A stretch of DNA of 64,000 bases from an uncultured Lachnospiraceae bacterium (GTDB lineage: Bacteria > Bacillota > Clostridia > Lachnospirales > Lachnospiraceae). Positions 9,398 to 17,466 of this stretch are shown piece after piece. The stretch spans positions 6,510 through 70,509 of the forward strand of contig CAMOTR010000060.1 in the NCBI GenBank assembly GCA_946625945.1, written 5' to 3'. Within the stretch, counting starts at the first letter, position 1. Every line of letters begins with the position of its first letter. Made by a program: the position numbers and the translations under genes. Below the pieces are notes generated by a model. The model was given only the letters and a program-made list of their open reading frames with translations, was not told the DNA's origin and ran no database searches.

Positions 9398-10591
9398 CTA
9401 TTCCAAAAATGCATCCAGATCGTACACCGTGTTGATCTTGCCCGAAAGCACACTTAAGAACACCGGCCCCCCGCCATCCGCGCGCTCCGGCTCCAGCCTC
9501 TTGATCACGGTCGGTCTGGAATCGTCGATCTCCGAGGCTTTCAGGATTGGTTTCATGGAAAACAGCGAACTCTCATAGGTGAAACCGTAATCCGCCCGCA
9601 GATACTTCCGCGCCAGTGCAGACATATACTCCCAGGCACTCTCCGGCTTGCACGCACAGCTGTTGCAGTTACCAAGCCACCTCTCGGCGCACGCCGCCCC
9701 CTGCTCCTTTGCACAGCCAAACTGCGGCACAGCGTCATAACTGGTCTTGTGGGGCGTAAACGTAACGGAAGTTAAGGAGTGATATCCCGTTTTCCCAAAC
9801 GGCATGATTGAGAAAAACGGACCATCCATCACCGTCAGCCCGATCTTCTCAAGCGCTGCATCCACATGACATAATATAATCTCGCACAGCTCATACTTCA
9901 AGCCGAAATCCTGCGTTTCCACGCCTTCCACACAGTGCAATACCTGATTGACAGAAGCATAGGTGGCATTCAGCACAAAGGGCGCCCTGTACTGCTCCTC
10001 CGAAGCGCCCTTCGCAGTCTGCCCTGCCGCTGCTTCGGCAGCTTCCGCATAAATCTCATAGCAATCCCCCTGCTTTATGATCCGCCTGATCCTGCGCCCG
10101 TAGCGCATGGTCACATTAGGCAGCTTCCCAATCTCCTCCAGCAGATGATCCCGCAGGATATGCGCGTCATAGGTATACTCCTGCGTCAGGAACGCGCCGT
10201 CGCACATGCCTTTCTGAAAATACTGCTCCGCAGGCAGATCCATACACGGGATTCCCGCATTCTCACAAAATTTCCGAAACTCCGCCGCATCCGTCCAGGA
10301 AAAATGCCTTGACGTGGCGTAGATCTGTTGAAACGAATCATGAATACAGAATCCGTAATCCTCCACGAACCGCTTAAAATACCCCGCCGACTTCATCGCC
10401 GTGGACAGGGATCTGGGATAATGGTATCCCATATGCACTCTCGCCTGGTTGATATAAGTCGCCCTGGTAAAAGGCGCCTCCTCGATCTCCAGCACAGTCA
10501 CCCGCTGTCCTCTGCGCCCGCAGTAAAGCGCCGCATACAGCCCGTACAGGCCGGCGCCTATGATCAGTTTATCACTCGTCTGCCAACTCAT
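9398..10591 (-). CDS. FAD-dependent oxidoreductase (DAO-like fold)
   Basis: N-terminal IIGAGLYG Rossmann motif, NQARVHMGYHYPRS, C-terminal SGKI. Confidence 0.82.
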   Translation of the reverse strand: MSWQTSDKLIIGAGLYGLYAALYCGRRGQRVTVLEIEEAPFTRATYINQARVHMGYHYPRSLSTAMKSAGYFKRFVEDYGFCIHDSFQQIYATSRHFSWTDAAEFRKFCENAGIPCMDLPAEQYFQKGMCDGAFLTQEYTYDAHILRDHLLEEIGKLPNVTMRYGRRIRRIIKQGDCYEIYAEAAEAAAGQTAKGASEEQYRAPFVLNATYASVNQVLHCVEGVETQDFGLKYELCEIILCHVDAALEKIGLTVMDGPFFSIMPFGKTGYHSLTSVTFTPHKTSYDAVPQFGCAKEQGAACAERWLGNCNSCACKPESAWEYMSALARKYLRADYGFTYESSLFSMKPILKASEIDDSRPTVIKRLEPERADGGGPVFLSVLSGKINTVYDLDAFLE

Positions 10592-12326
10592 TGTTTCTCT
10601 TCACTCCCAGCGTAAACACCGCTACAAACGGCAGCACGAGCATCAGCGGATACAGATACCGAAGCTGTACGACCGGTCCCAAAAACAAAGTCAGATAATA
10701 CCCAAACACTAACGAAAGCGGCACAAATCCGTCATAGCGCCTGCCAGCCGCAAGATGCCCCGCAAGCAGCAGATACAGCCAGCCAAAGATCCCTGGCACA
10801 AACAGATATCTGAGAAGCGGCAGTTTTAAATAAGCGTTTTCATCCGCCCACTGTTCCAATTTTTCATGCAGCCACTCCCACTTGGAGTCTTTATAGATGC
10901 CCCGGGGATTCAGTTCATCCTCCACCCAGCGGGTCTGCACATAACCCAGTCCCCGGTCCCTGCCGTTTTGATTTACGACAGCATGGGTCACATCATCCAG
11001 ATAAAAATAACCGGCATTCACCGCATAGGCCGCATTGACCAGATCCCCCGGATACATCCCCAGCAAACGCAGATACGTCCGCACAAATTCCGCGCTGCGA
11101 TACCGCACCACATATGTGTTGGTATGGTTTTTCACCGGATCGGAGATCTCCGGCCGGTAAAACCGGTATCCCTCGTCCAACAGGAAATCATTGATCAGTG
11201 CCTTCGACGCCTCATCCATGGTGCCGTCATCCTGCTCCAGTTCTCCCACGCCGCCGTGAAACAGCATACATCTTGCCAGCTGCTGGATCGGCATGCTGAG
11301 CATTTCCCGTCTGTCTCCCTGTTCTGCGCCGGTCACCCGGAACAATCCCGTCAGGCACAAGCTTCCCACCACCAGCGCCAGCGCACAGTTTCCCAGCATT
11401 TTCATCCAGAGTTTCCTGTCCGTTTTCCCGAAGATCACTGCTGCAAACAGCACTGCTGCCAGCACCAGCATCGCATACCGCCCATTGTTGCGGAACAACT
11501 GCATCCCAATGGATGCAACAAAAAACAGCACATCGTATCCGTCCGGTTTTGTCCTTTTTCGCCGGATCATCTCACACAGCGCCAGCATCTGTACCAGGAA
11601 AAACAGGCTGAACCAGACATCCTTGATCAGACTGACGCTCATATACATGTGGAACGGATAAAACATGCCGAAAGCCTGCAGACCTATCAGCCATTTCCCG
11701 CTGACGCCGCGCCGATACAGGAGGGTTACGCCCCCTGCAAAAGCCACTGCCAACAACACCATCTGCAGGAACACCAGCATGGCTATCCCTGTATTGCTGT
11801 CGCCGAACCCGCTTTCACCCAGCCGCATTGCCCCTGCGATCAGCAGCGTGTGCGCAATCGGATGGTGATCGTTATAAGACCCGCTTACGATCTGTCCGGT
11901 CTGAATGGTCGCATCATAGGCACAGATCCCCGGATAGTAAGCCAGATAGCAGGGCAGCCAGCACAGAAGAAGCAGCCCCAGGCTGACGGGCCATACCCAT
12001 CTCTTTCGCCCACTGGCAGCCTCCGCGGGGGTCCCTGCCTCTGCCGCCTCTGCCACCTTCGCCGCATTCCCGCGTTCGCGCTGTTTTGCCGCCAGTCTGC
12101 CGATCAGCCGGCCCAGCACGCCAAACAGCGCCCCCCCGCACAGGCTGAGCATTCCCGTTCTCAGCACATATCCGGGCGTCCATTCTATATTTCCGATTGA
12201 AATCCCCGTTGTCTGCGTGGTCTGTGCGGCACTTTGCGCCGCCAGATCATATCCAACGATCTGAAAAAGCAGGAACGCAAACCCGATAAGCCCATATATT
12301 ATGATATCTCTGTTCCCTTTTTTCAT
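10572..12326 (-). CDS. Polytopic membrane protein, DUF6020-like, probable GT-C glycosyltransferase
   Basis: YYPGICAYD and NDHHPIAHT loop, KD, FRNNG and LRYLYP motifs; many TMs. Confidence 0.6.
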   Translation of the reverse strand: MKKGNRDIIIYGLIGFAFLLFQIVGYDLAAQSAAQTTQTTGISIGNIEWTPGYVLRTGMLSLCGGALFGVLGRLIGRLAAKQRERGNAAKVAEAAEAGTPAEAASGRKRWVWPVSLGLLLLCWLPCYLAYYPGICAYDATIQTGQIVSGSYNDHHPIAHTLLIAGAMRLGESGFGDSNTGIAMLVFLQMVLLAVAFAGGVTLLYRRGVSGKWLIGLQAFGMFYPFHMYMSVSLIKDVWFSLFFLVQMLALCEMIRRKRTKPDGYDVLFFVASIGMQLFRNNGRYAMLVLAAVLFAAVIFGKTDRKLWMKMLGNCALALVVGSLCLTGLFRVTGAEQGDRREMLSMPIQQLARCMLFHGGVGELEQDDGTMDEASKALINDFLLDEGYRFYRPEISDPVKNHTNTYVVRYRSAEFVRTYLRLLGMYPGDLVNAAYAVNAGYFYLDDVTHAVVNQNGRDRGLGYVQTRWVEDELNPRGIYKDSKWEWLHEKLEQWADENAYLKLPLLRYLFVPGIFGWLYLLLAGHLAAGRRYDGFVPLSLVFGYYLTLFLGPVVQLRYLYPLMLVLPFVAVFTLGVKRNNELADE

Positions 12327-12330
12327 GCTT

Positions 12331-13305
12331 TTATACTTTTTCTCTTATTTTGCTTTCTTTCGCTTTCTTCGCATCATGGATCCGCATAAAGCGATACTCG
12401 AAATCTTTCCTGTCCTTTGCCGCCATAACCTCCAGGATCATTCCCGCGAAAAACGCCTGAATTCCGGCAACCGCAATAAACCCGCACACGATCAGTGTGG
12501 GGAACCGCGGCACCAATCCGGTATGCAGATAATCAATTCCGATGGGTACAAAAAATCCGACTGCCAGCGCCATCAGTACGAAACTCAGCAGCCCGAAAAA
12601 TTTCATCGGTTTATAATTTTTATACAACTGCAGCATCTTGCGGATCACTTTCATGCCGTCGCTGTAGGTGTTCAGCTTGGACACACTGCCCTCCGGCCGA
12701 TCCCTGTACTCCACCACCACATTGTCCACCTGCATATTGTAGTTTACCGCATGAATCGTCATCTCCGTCTCAATCTCAAATCCCTGAGAAAACACCGGGA
12801 ATGTCTTCACAAACTCATAGCTGAACGCACGGTACCCTGTCATAATATCCTTGATGTCGGAGTGAAACAGCCCGTTGATGCCGAACCGCATGAGACTGTT
12901 CCCGAAATTGTGAAACGGCCGCTTGTTCTCCGTAAAGTAGGTGGAAGAAAGCCTGTCCCCTACAACCATATCGGAATTATGCTCCAGCACAAGCTTCACC
13001 ATCTCTCCGGCGCATTCCAACGGATAGGTGTCATCCCCGTCTATCATCAGATAACACAGGGCATCAACCTCCCGGAACATCCTCCGGATCACATTTCCCT
13101 TGCCCTGCTTGTACTCCTGGCGCACCACAGCGCCCGCCGCCCGGGCGATCTCCTCCGTACGATCCTTGGAATTATTGTTATATACATAAATCACCGCTTC
13201 CGGCAATGTTTTCTTCACATCGGCAATAACTTTTCCGATCGTTTTTTCCTCGTTATAGCAGGGGATCAATACCGCTATTTTGTCCATTTTACCCATTTCC
13301 TCCAA
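12331..13305 (-). CDS. GT2 polyprenol-phosphate glycosyltransferase (DPM1/GtrB-like)
   Basis: LIPCYNEE, GKGN, DGDDTYP, DIMTGYR, FEIETEM and two C-terminal TMs. Confidence 0.88.
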   Translation of the reverse strand: MEEMGKMDKIAVLIPCYNEEKTIGKVIADVKKTLPEAVIYVYNNNSKDRTEEIARAAGAVVRQEYKQGKGNVIRRMFREVDALCYLMIDGDDTYPLECAGEMVKLVLEHNSDMVVGDRLSSTYFTENKRPFHNFGNSLMRFGINGLFHSDIKDIMTGYRAFSYEFVKTFPVFSQGFEIETEMTIHAVNYNMQVDNVVVEYRDRPEGSVSKLNTYSDGMKVIRKMLQLYKNYKPMKFFGLLSFVLMALAVGFFVPIGIDYLHTGLVPRFPTLIVCGFIAVAGIQAFFAGMILEVMAAKDRKDFEYRFMRIHDAKKAKESKIREKV

Positions 13306-13414
13306 ATATTACCTCTATTTTATCACGATTATTCCGATACAGCCACTATTTTTATTTCAAATATTGTGTTAAAATCAAATTGTTTGAGTAAACACAGAAA
13401 GAGGGACAATACAA

Positions 13415-15058
13415 ATGAGGAAACTGTATCCGTTTTCTGTTCATTTTATACGATTTCTTGCGCTGATTTTTACAGGGCTTCTGTTTCTGGCCGGCTTTCT
13501 GTTTACCTGCTATGCAGATGACATGACAACCCAGAAGGTGCTCACCCGTCCCGACAATCCCCTGCTCCATCTGTTGGGAATGGGTCTGTTTGCTGCGATC
13601 CTGTTCGCGGTCTGCCGCATGACCAAGCGGCACAGCGCCAAACTCAAGACACCCCTTCTGGTTCTGACAATGGGCTGGATCCTTGCAGCCGGCGGACTCC
13701 TCGTCCTCTTCGGCCGGACGGCGCCCGCGGCAGACGCCTGGTCCGTCTACGCCGCCGCCAAAAGCCTGGCGGCAGGAGATACCTCCGTGATCCATCCCAC
13801 CGAATCTTACCTGTCCTACTATCCGCAGCAGATCGGGCTGTTAGCCTTTTTCGAACCCCTGATCCGCCTTTTCAATCTGCTGCCCGTGGACCTGGAGGCC
13901 TATCATTTTATCAAATGTGTTTATGTGCTGCTCGCCTGCGTGATCGTGTGGTTTCAGTATCGGACTGTGCACCTTCTGTGGAAAAACGATTCCGCAGACT
14001 GCATCTACCTGATCCTGGCAGGAACCAATCTCCCGTTTATCATGTACAGCTCCTTTGTGTACGGAGAAATTCCGTCCTTTGCAGCGCTGTCCGCCGGACT
14101 GTATTACTTCCTGCGGATGTTTTCTGCCACAGAATTTTCCACGGGTGATGCCAGCTCCGAGACAGGTCGCACACACAGGAACTACAGGAATGTCCTGCTC
14201 AGCCTGCTTTTTCTCACTTTGGCGGTCATGCTGCGCAAAAATTCTCTGGTACTCATCATCGCCATCACGTTTGTGTGCGTAGTGGAAGGACTATTTCGCA
14301 GAGAAAAGACATTGTTGCTCTACGCCGTAGTATGTGTGCTGCTCTCCGTCAGTATTCTGCCATGTGTACAGAAGCTTTACGAATTGCGCGCCGGAAACAC
14401 ACTGAAAACAGGCGTGCCCGCCATGTCCTATTTTGCCATGGGCATGCAGGAATCCTCCCGCGGAAACGGTTGGTATAACGGATATAATTTCAATACGTAT
14501 CAGGAGAATGATATGGACACGGCCGCTGCCGTACAGGCAAGCCGCCATTACATTGCAGAACGCAGTGCATATTTCAGGACACATCCCGACTATGCCGCAA
14601 GCTTTTATTTCTATAAATTCCTGTCCCAATGGGCAGACGGAACCTACGCCAGCAGACAGGCCACTCTGGCCACCCTGGGCGAGCGTCATCCATTATTTCA
14701 GGAACTTTACGATGGCAGATACAGCCCCTTTTATATCGGCTTCTGCAACATCTATCAGAGCATGCTCTATCTGGGTTGTTTCCTGTGCTTCCTGCAGCAA
14801 TTGCTGCGCAGAGAACAGAGAAGCCTCTGTTTCTATCTCGGCATGATCGGCGTCTTCGGCGGTTTCCTGTTCCATATGATCTGGGAGGCAAACGCACGGT
14901 ATATCTTCCTGTACAGCCTGCTCCTGATCCCCTATGCCGCCGCGGGACTCTCCGCACTGTGCGGCTGGTTTAGTAGTACATTCTTCCCTGCAGGAACCCG
15001 TAGAAATAAATCACACCGCATACAAGATGCCAGCCAAACGCCGCCCACTGTGCAATAA
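13415..15058 (+). CDS. Polytopic membrane protein, probable GT-C (GT39-like) glycosyltransferase
   Basis: First-loop Asp (ADA), YYPQQIG, YGEIPS, RKN, AMG, GWYNGY, WEANARY. Shares these motifs with 51265..52785. Confidence 0.6.
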   Translation: MRKLYPFSVHFIRFLALIFTGLLFLAGFLFTCYADDMTTQKVLTRPDNPLLHLLGMGLFAAILFAVCRMTKRHSAKLKTPLLVLTMGWILAAGGLLVLFGRTAPAADAWSVYAAAKSLAAGDTSVIHPTESYLSYYPQQIGLLAFFEPLIRLFNLLPVDLEAYHFIKCVYVLLACVIVWFQYRTVHLLWKNDSADCIYLILAGTNLPFIMYSSFVYGEIPSFAALSAGLYYFLRMFSATEFSTGDASSETGRTHRNYRNVLLSLLFLTLAVMLRKNSLVLIIAITFVCVVEGLFRREKTLLLYAVVCVLLSVSILPCVQKLYELRAGNTLKTGVPAMSYFAMGMQESSRGNGWYNGYNFNTYQENDMDTAAAVQASRHYIAERSAYFRTHPDYAASFYFYKFLSQWADGTYASRQATLATLGERHPLFQELYDGRYSPFYIGFCNIYQSMLYLGCFLCFLQQLLRREQRSLCFYLGMIGVFGGFLFHMIWEANARYIFLYSLLLIPYAAAGLSALCGWFSSTFFPAGTRRNKSHRIQDASQTPPTVQ

Positions 15059-16283
15059 GCAGGATCGGTTTCTTTCTGGCCGCCGTCGCCTTTAACAGCA
15101 CTGCCGCGGAACCAAAAAAGGCAAAAAAGATGCCGCCCATATAGCCCCAGGAGAAATTGAAATCCGGCTCTCTGAATCCCTTCTCATACAGGAAAAACGC
15201 CATTGCAAATGCCATGGCATAGATTTGCCACGAAAAACGATACAGGGTATTTGTCTTTAATTCTTTGTAGTTCAGGATCAAAACCAGGATTGGAAATCCT
15301 GCCGCCAATCCCACAGCCAGTGGGATATTTTCACAGTACAGTCCCCAGATCCGTCCAAAGCAGAATCCGATTCCGCCTTCCGCGCCCTCCTCGGGCACAA
15401 ACACGCCCCGATATTGATAGAGCAGATCCACAAAAGTCGGCAGGAACGTCAGTCCCAGCAGGATTGTCTGGCGCAGATTTCCGAACTTACTGCGGATCAA
15501 ACGATACAGCATGATCAGCCCGGCTGCCCCCACAAACACAAGGGTAAAGCTAGGTTTCGTCATTGTTGTCAGCAGCAGGAAAAGGGCGAACAGCAGATAG
15601 TCTGCTAACTGCGCGCCTGCATTTCCTTCCCGTTCCGTCTGTGCGCCGCTCGCACGCGCTGTCTGCATCCCGGCTTCATAGCTGTCCAGCAGCCTCACAA
15701 ACCACAAAAACGCCAGGATTGCAAACGGCCTCGCCGCCATATAAGTCGCATTATGAAACGGGTTCGGCGTAAACACACCAAGATAATTGAATTTGATCCC
15801 CGGCAGATAAATCCCCGTAGGCGGGTACACCATGGACACAAAAAACAGGCTGACGGAAAGGATACTGATAATCGCGCCCGCAAGCCACTTCCAATCAGGG
15901 AACAATTTCCGCACGCGCCCCAAAAACATCTGATTGAAGGCCCACTTTGTGACAAGCATGCTAAATCCGTTTAAAATTGTGGTCGCCAGCGCCACCGCCG
16001 TTTGCGGCGCAAAAAACAGATTCCAAAATGCCGAAAATTTAAAAAAGATCGGATAGGGAAAATTGTATTTTGTATTCAATCCCCGCATTTCCAGAATGTA
16101 CGCCCTCATGTCGGAATGATACAGCCCGCTCCCAGTGGTTCCCTTCAGGCTCTCCACACACTGCCTGTAGAACAGAATATAAGTGATCACAGAGACCGCA
16201 AGCAGGAGGATTACAAAAAGCCCCCAATCCAGCAGCTGCTCCCTCTTATGATTGCTTTGTTTTTTCTTCTTACCCTTACTCAT
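14970..16283 (-). CDS. Polytopic membrane protein, possible GT-C fold
   Basis: About 10 TMs; first-loop HSD, PNPFHNAT and KPSF motifs; glycosylation gene context. Confidence 0.5.
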   Translation of the reverse strand: MSKGKKKKQSNHKREQLLDWGLFVILLLAVSVITYILFYRQCVESLKGTTGSGLYHSDMRAYILEMRGLNTKYNFPYPIFFKFSAFWNLFFAPQTAVALATTILNGFSMLVTKWAFNQMFLGRVRKLFPDWKWLAGAIISILSVSLFFVSMVYPPTGIYLPGIKFNYLGVFTPNPFHNATYMAARPFAILAFLWFVRLLDSYEAGMQTARASGAQTEREGNAGAQLADYLLFALFLLLTTMTKPSFTLVFVGAAGLIMLYRLIRSKFGNLRQTILLGLTFLPTFVDLLYQYRGVFVPEEGAEGGIGFCFGRIWGLYCENIPLAVGLAAGFPILVLILNYKELKTNTLYRFSWQIYAMAFAMAFFLYEKGFREPDFNFSWGYMGGIFFAFFGSAAVLLKATAARKKPILLIAQWAAFGWHLVCGVIYFYGFLQGRMYY

Positions 16284-16346
16284 AACGAAATCCAGCCTTC
16301 TTCCGGTTCATCCTGCGCCCACATAAGTGCAGCGTCATTTTCCGCT

Positions 16347-16375
16347 ATTGTATCATATCCTTGAATAGAACGCAA
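16347..16375 (-). promoter_or_regulatory. Putative sigma-A promoter for 14970..16283
   Basis: Minus strand TTGCGT-17 bp-TACAAT with an extended -10 TG. Confidence 0.5.
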
Positions 16376-16452
16376 ATGCCGCATGTTTCCTATTTTCCAT
16401 CGTTCTAATATGACACAGCTTTACAATTTTTCTATTATTTTGTCCTTTTATC

Positions 16453-16481
16453 TTGACATGATTCTTGTTTCATATTATAAT
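16453..16481 (+). promoter_or_regulatory. Perfect-consensus sigma-A promoter for the small secreted protein
   Basis: TTGACA (16453-16458), 17 bp spacer, TATAAT (16476-16481). Confidence 0.85.
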
Positions 16482-16520
16482 TTACTCGAATAGTGTAAGT
16501 TCCTGCCAGAACAAAACTAT

Positions 16521-16578
16521 TACAACTGAATATGGAAAACTACAACTGAATATTGGAAAGACAACTGAATATTGAAAA
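16521..16578 (+). repeat. Three tandem direct repeats of 19-20 bp, candidate operator array
   Basis: Core ACAACTGAATAT at 16522, 16542 and 16561, between the promoter and the RBS. Confidence 0.85.
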
Positions 16579-16601
16579 TTTTTTTACAAAGGAGAAAGCC
16601 T

Positions 16602-16856
16602 ATGAAGAAAAAGATTCTGTATCGTGTAGCAGCTTGGGCCGGCATTGCAGTTTGCAGCCTCAGCCTGTTCTTTGTAACACCGCAGACCTCGATCACCGCT
16701 CAGGCAGCCGGTGGAGACCCGGGAATTGCTCAGCCGCAGGCAGATGTTATTTATTGGGTATATTTGGAGGCGGACGGCAAAATGTGGAAACGGCTTTGGA
16801 ATAGCACTTCGCAGGAGTGGCTGACAGAATGGATCTTCGTCCGCGATCTGCCGTGA
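16602..16856 (+). CDS. Small secreted Trp-rich protein (84 aa precursor)
   Basis: RBS AAGGAG then ATG 16602. Signal peptide MKKK plus hydrophobic core plus AQA site. Mature part has 5 Trp. Confidence 0.8.
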   Translation: MKKKILYRVAAWAGIAVCSLSLFFVTPQTSITAQAAGGDPGIAQPQADVIYWVYLEADGKMWKRLWNSTSQEWLTEWIFVRDLP

Positions 16857-16928
16857 TTTATAAGTAAGGGTGCTGTCGCTCCTCATCCTAACTGACGATT
16901 ACACAGTTGCTTTAAAATCATTGTGGGG

Positions 16929-16966
16929 TAGACCTTCCGTCAAAAGATGGCAGGTCTATTTCTGTT
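16929..16966 (+). terminator. Probable intrinsic terminator after the small-protein gene
   Basis: TAGACCTTCCGTC-AAAA-GATGGCAGGTCTA hairpin followed by TTTCTGTT. Confidence 0.55.
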
Positions 16967-16993
16967 GACTTACGGGTAAAAGTGCCTTATAAT
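16965..16993 (+). promoter_or_regulatory. Sigma-A promoter for the blaI-like/M56 pair
   Basis: TTGACT-17 bp-TATAAT. A TTAC-GG-GTAA inverted repeat (16970-16979) overlaps the -35 box and spacer. Confidence 0.75.
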
Positions 16994-17062
16994 AAAATCA
17001 TCTGTTTTATATATTTATCTTATACAAAAGAAGTCAACTTAACAGAAAGGTGGAAATGAAAC

Positions 17063-17461
17063 ATGATGAATCCGAGAGAGCTGGATGTCCTGAATATCCT
17101 CTGGAAATCCGAGCAGCCCATGATGGCAACCGACATCGTAAACGCGGGGGAGGGATTGACCCAGAGCACTGTTACCGCAGTATTACGTAAGCTTTTACAT
17201 GCAAAGCTGGTAGAGGTGGCCGGCGTCACCCATAGCGGCAAGGTACTCAGCCGCACCTATCGCCCCACGGAGGCCTCCAAAGACGCCATCCTGAACGATT
17301 TCTCCAGCACCTACACCTGTTTTCAGGATATTATCTCCAAGAGCACTCTCTGCTCCGCACTGTTGCAGACCAATGAGGATGCTACCGAGACAAAGAGGGA
17401 TATTGCTGAGTTGAAAGCAATGCTGAAGGAATATGACCAGACTTACAATAAGAAAAAATAA
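17063..17461 (+). CDS. BlaI/MecI/CopY-family winged-helix repressor
   Basis: RELDVLNILW...STVTAVLRKLL...YRP pattern, 132 aa, directly upstream of an M56 peptidase. Confidence 0.85.
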   Translation: MMNPRELDVLNILWKSEQPMMATDIVNAGEGLTQSTVTAVLRKLLHAKLVEVAGVTHSGKVLSRTYRPTEASKDAILNDFSSTYTCFQDIISKSTLCSALLQTNEDATETKRDIAELKAMLKEYDQTYNKKK

Positions 17462-17466
17462 TTGAG

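Noticed and set aside
12131-12137. G7 tract in the DUF6020-like gene as a phase-variation site
   Set aside because: Short, in frame, and expected by chance in Gly codons.
16521-16578. Repeats as a mini CRISPR array or iteron set
   Set aside because: Units are directly tandem with no unique spacers, and there is no cas or rep gene in the window.
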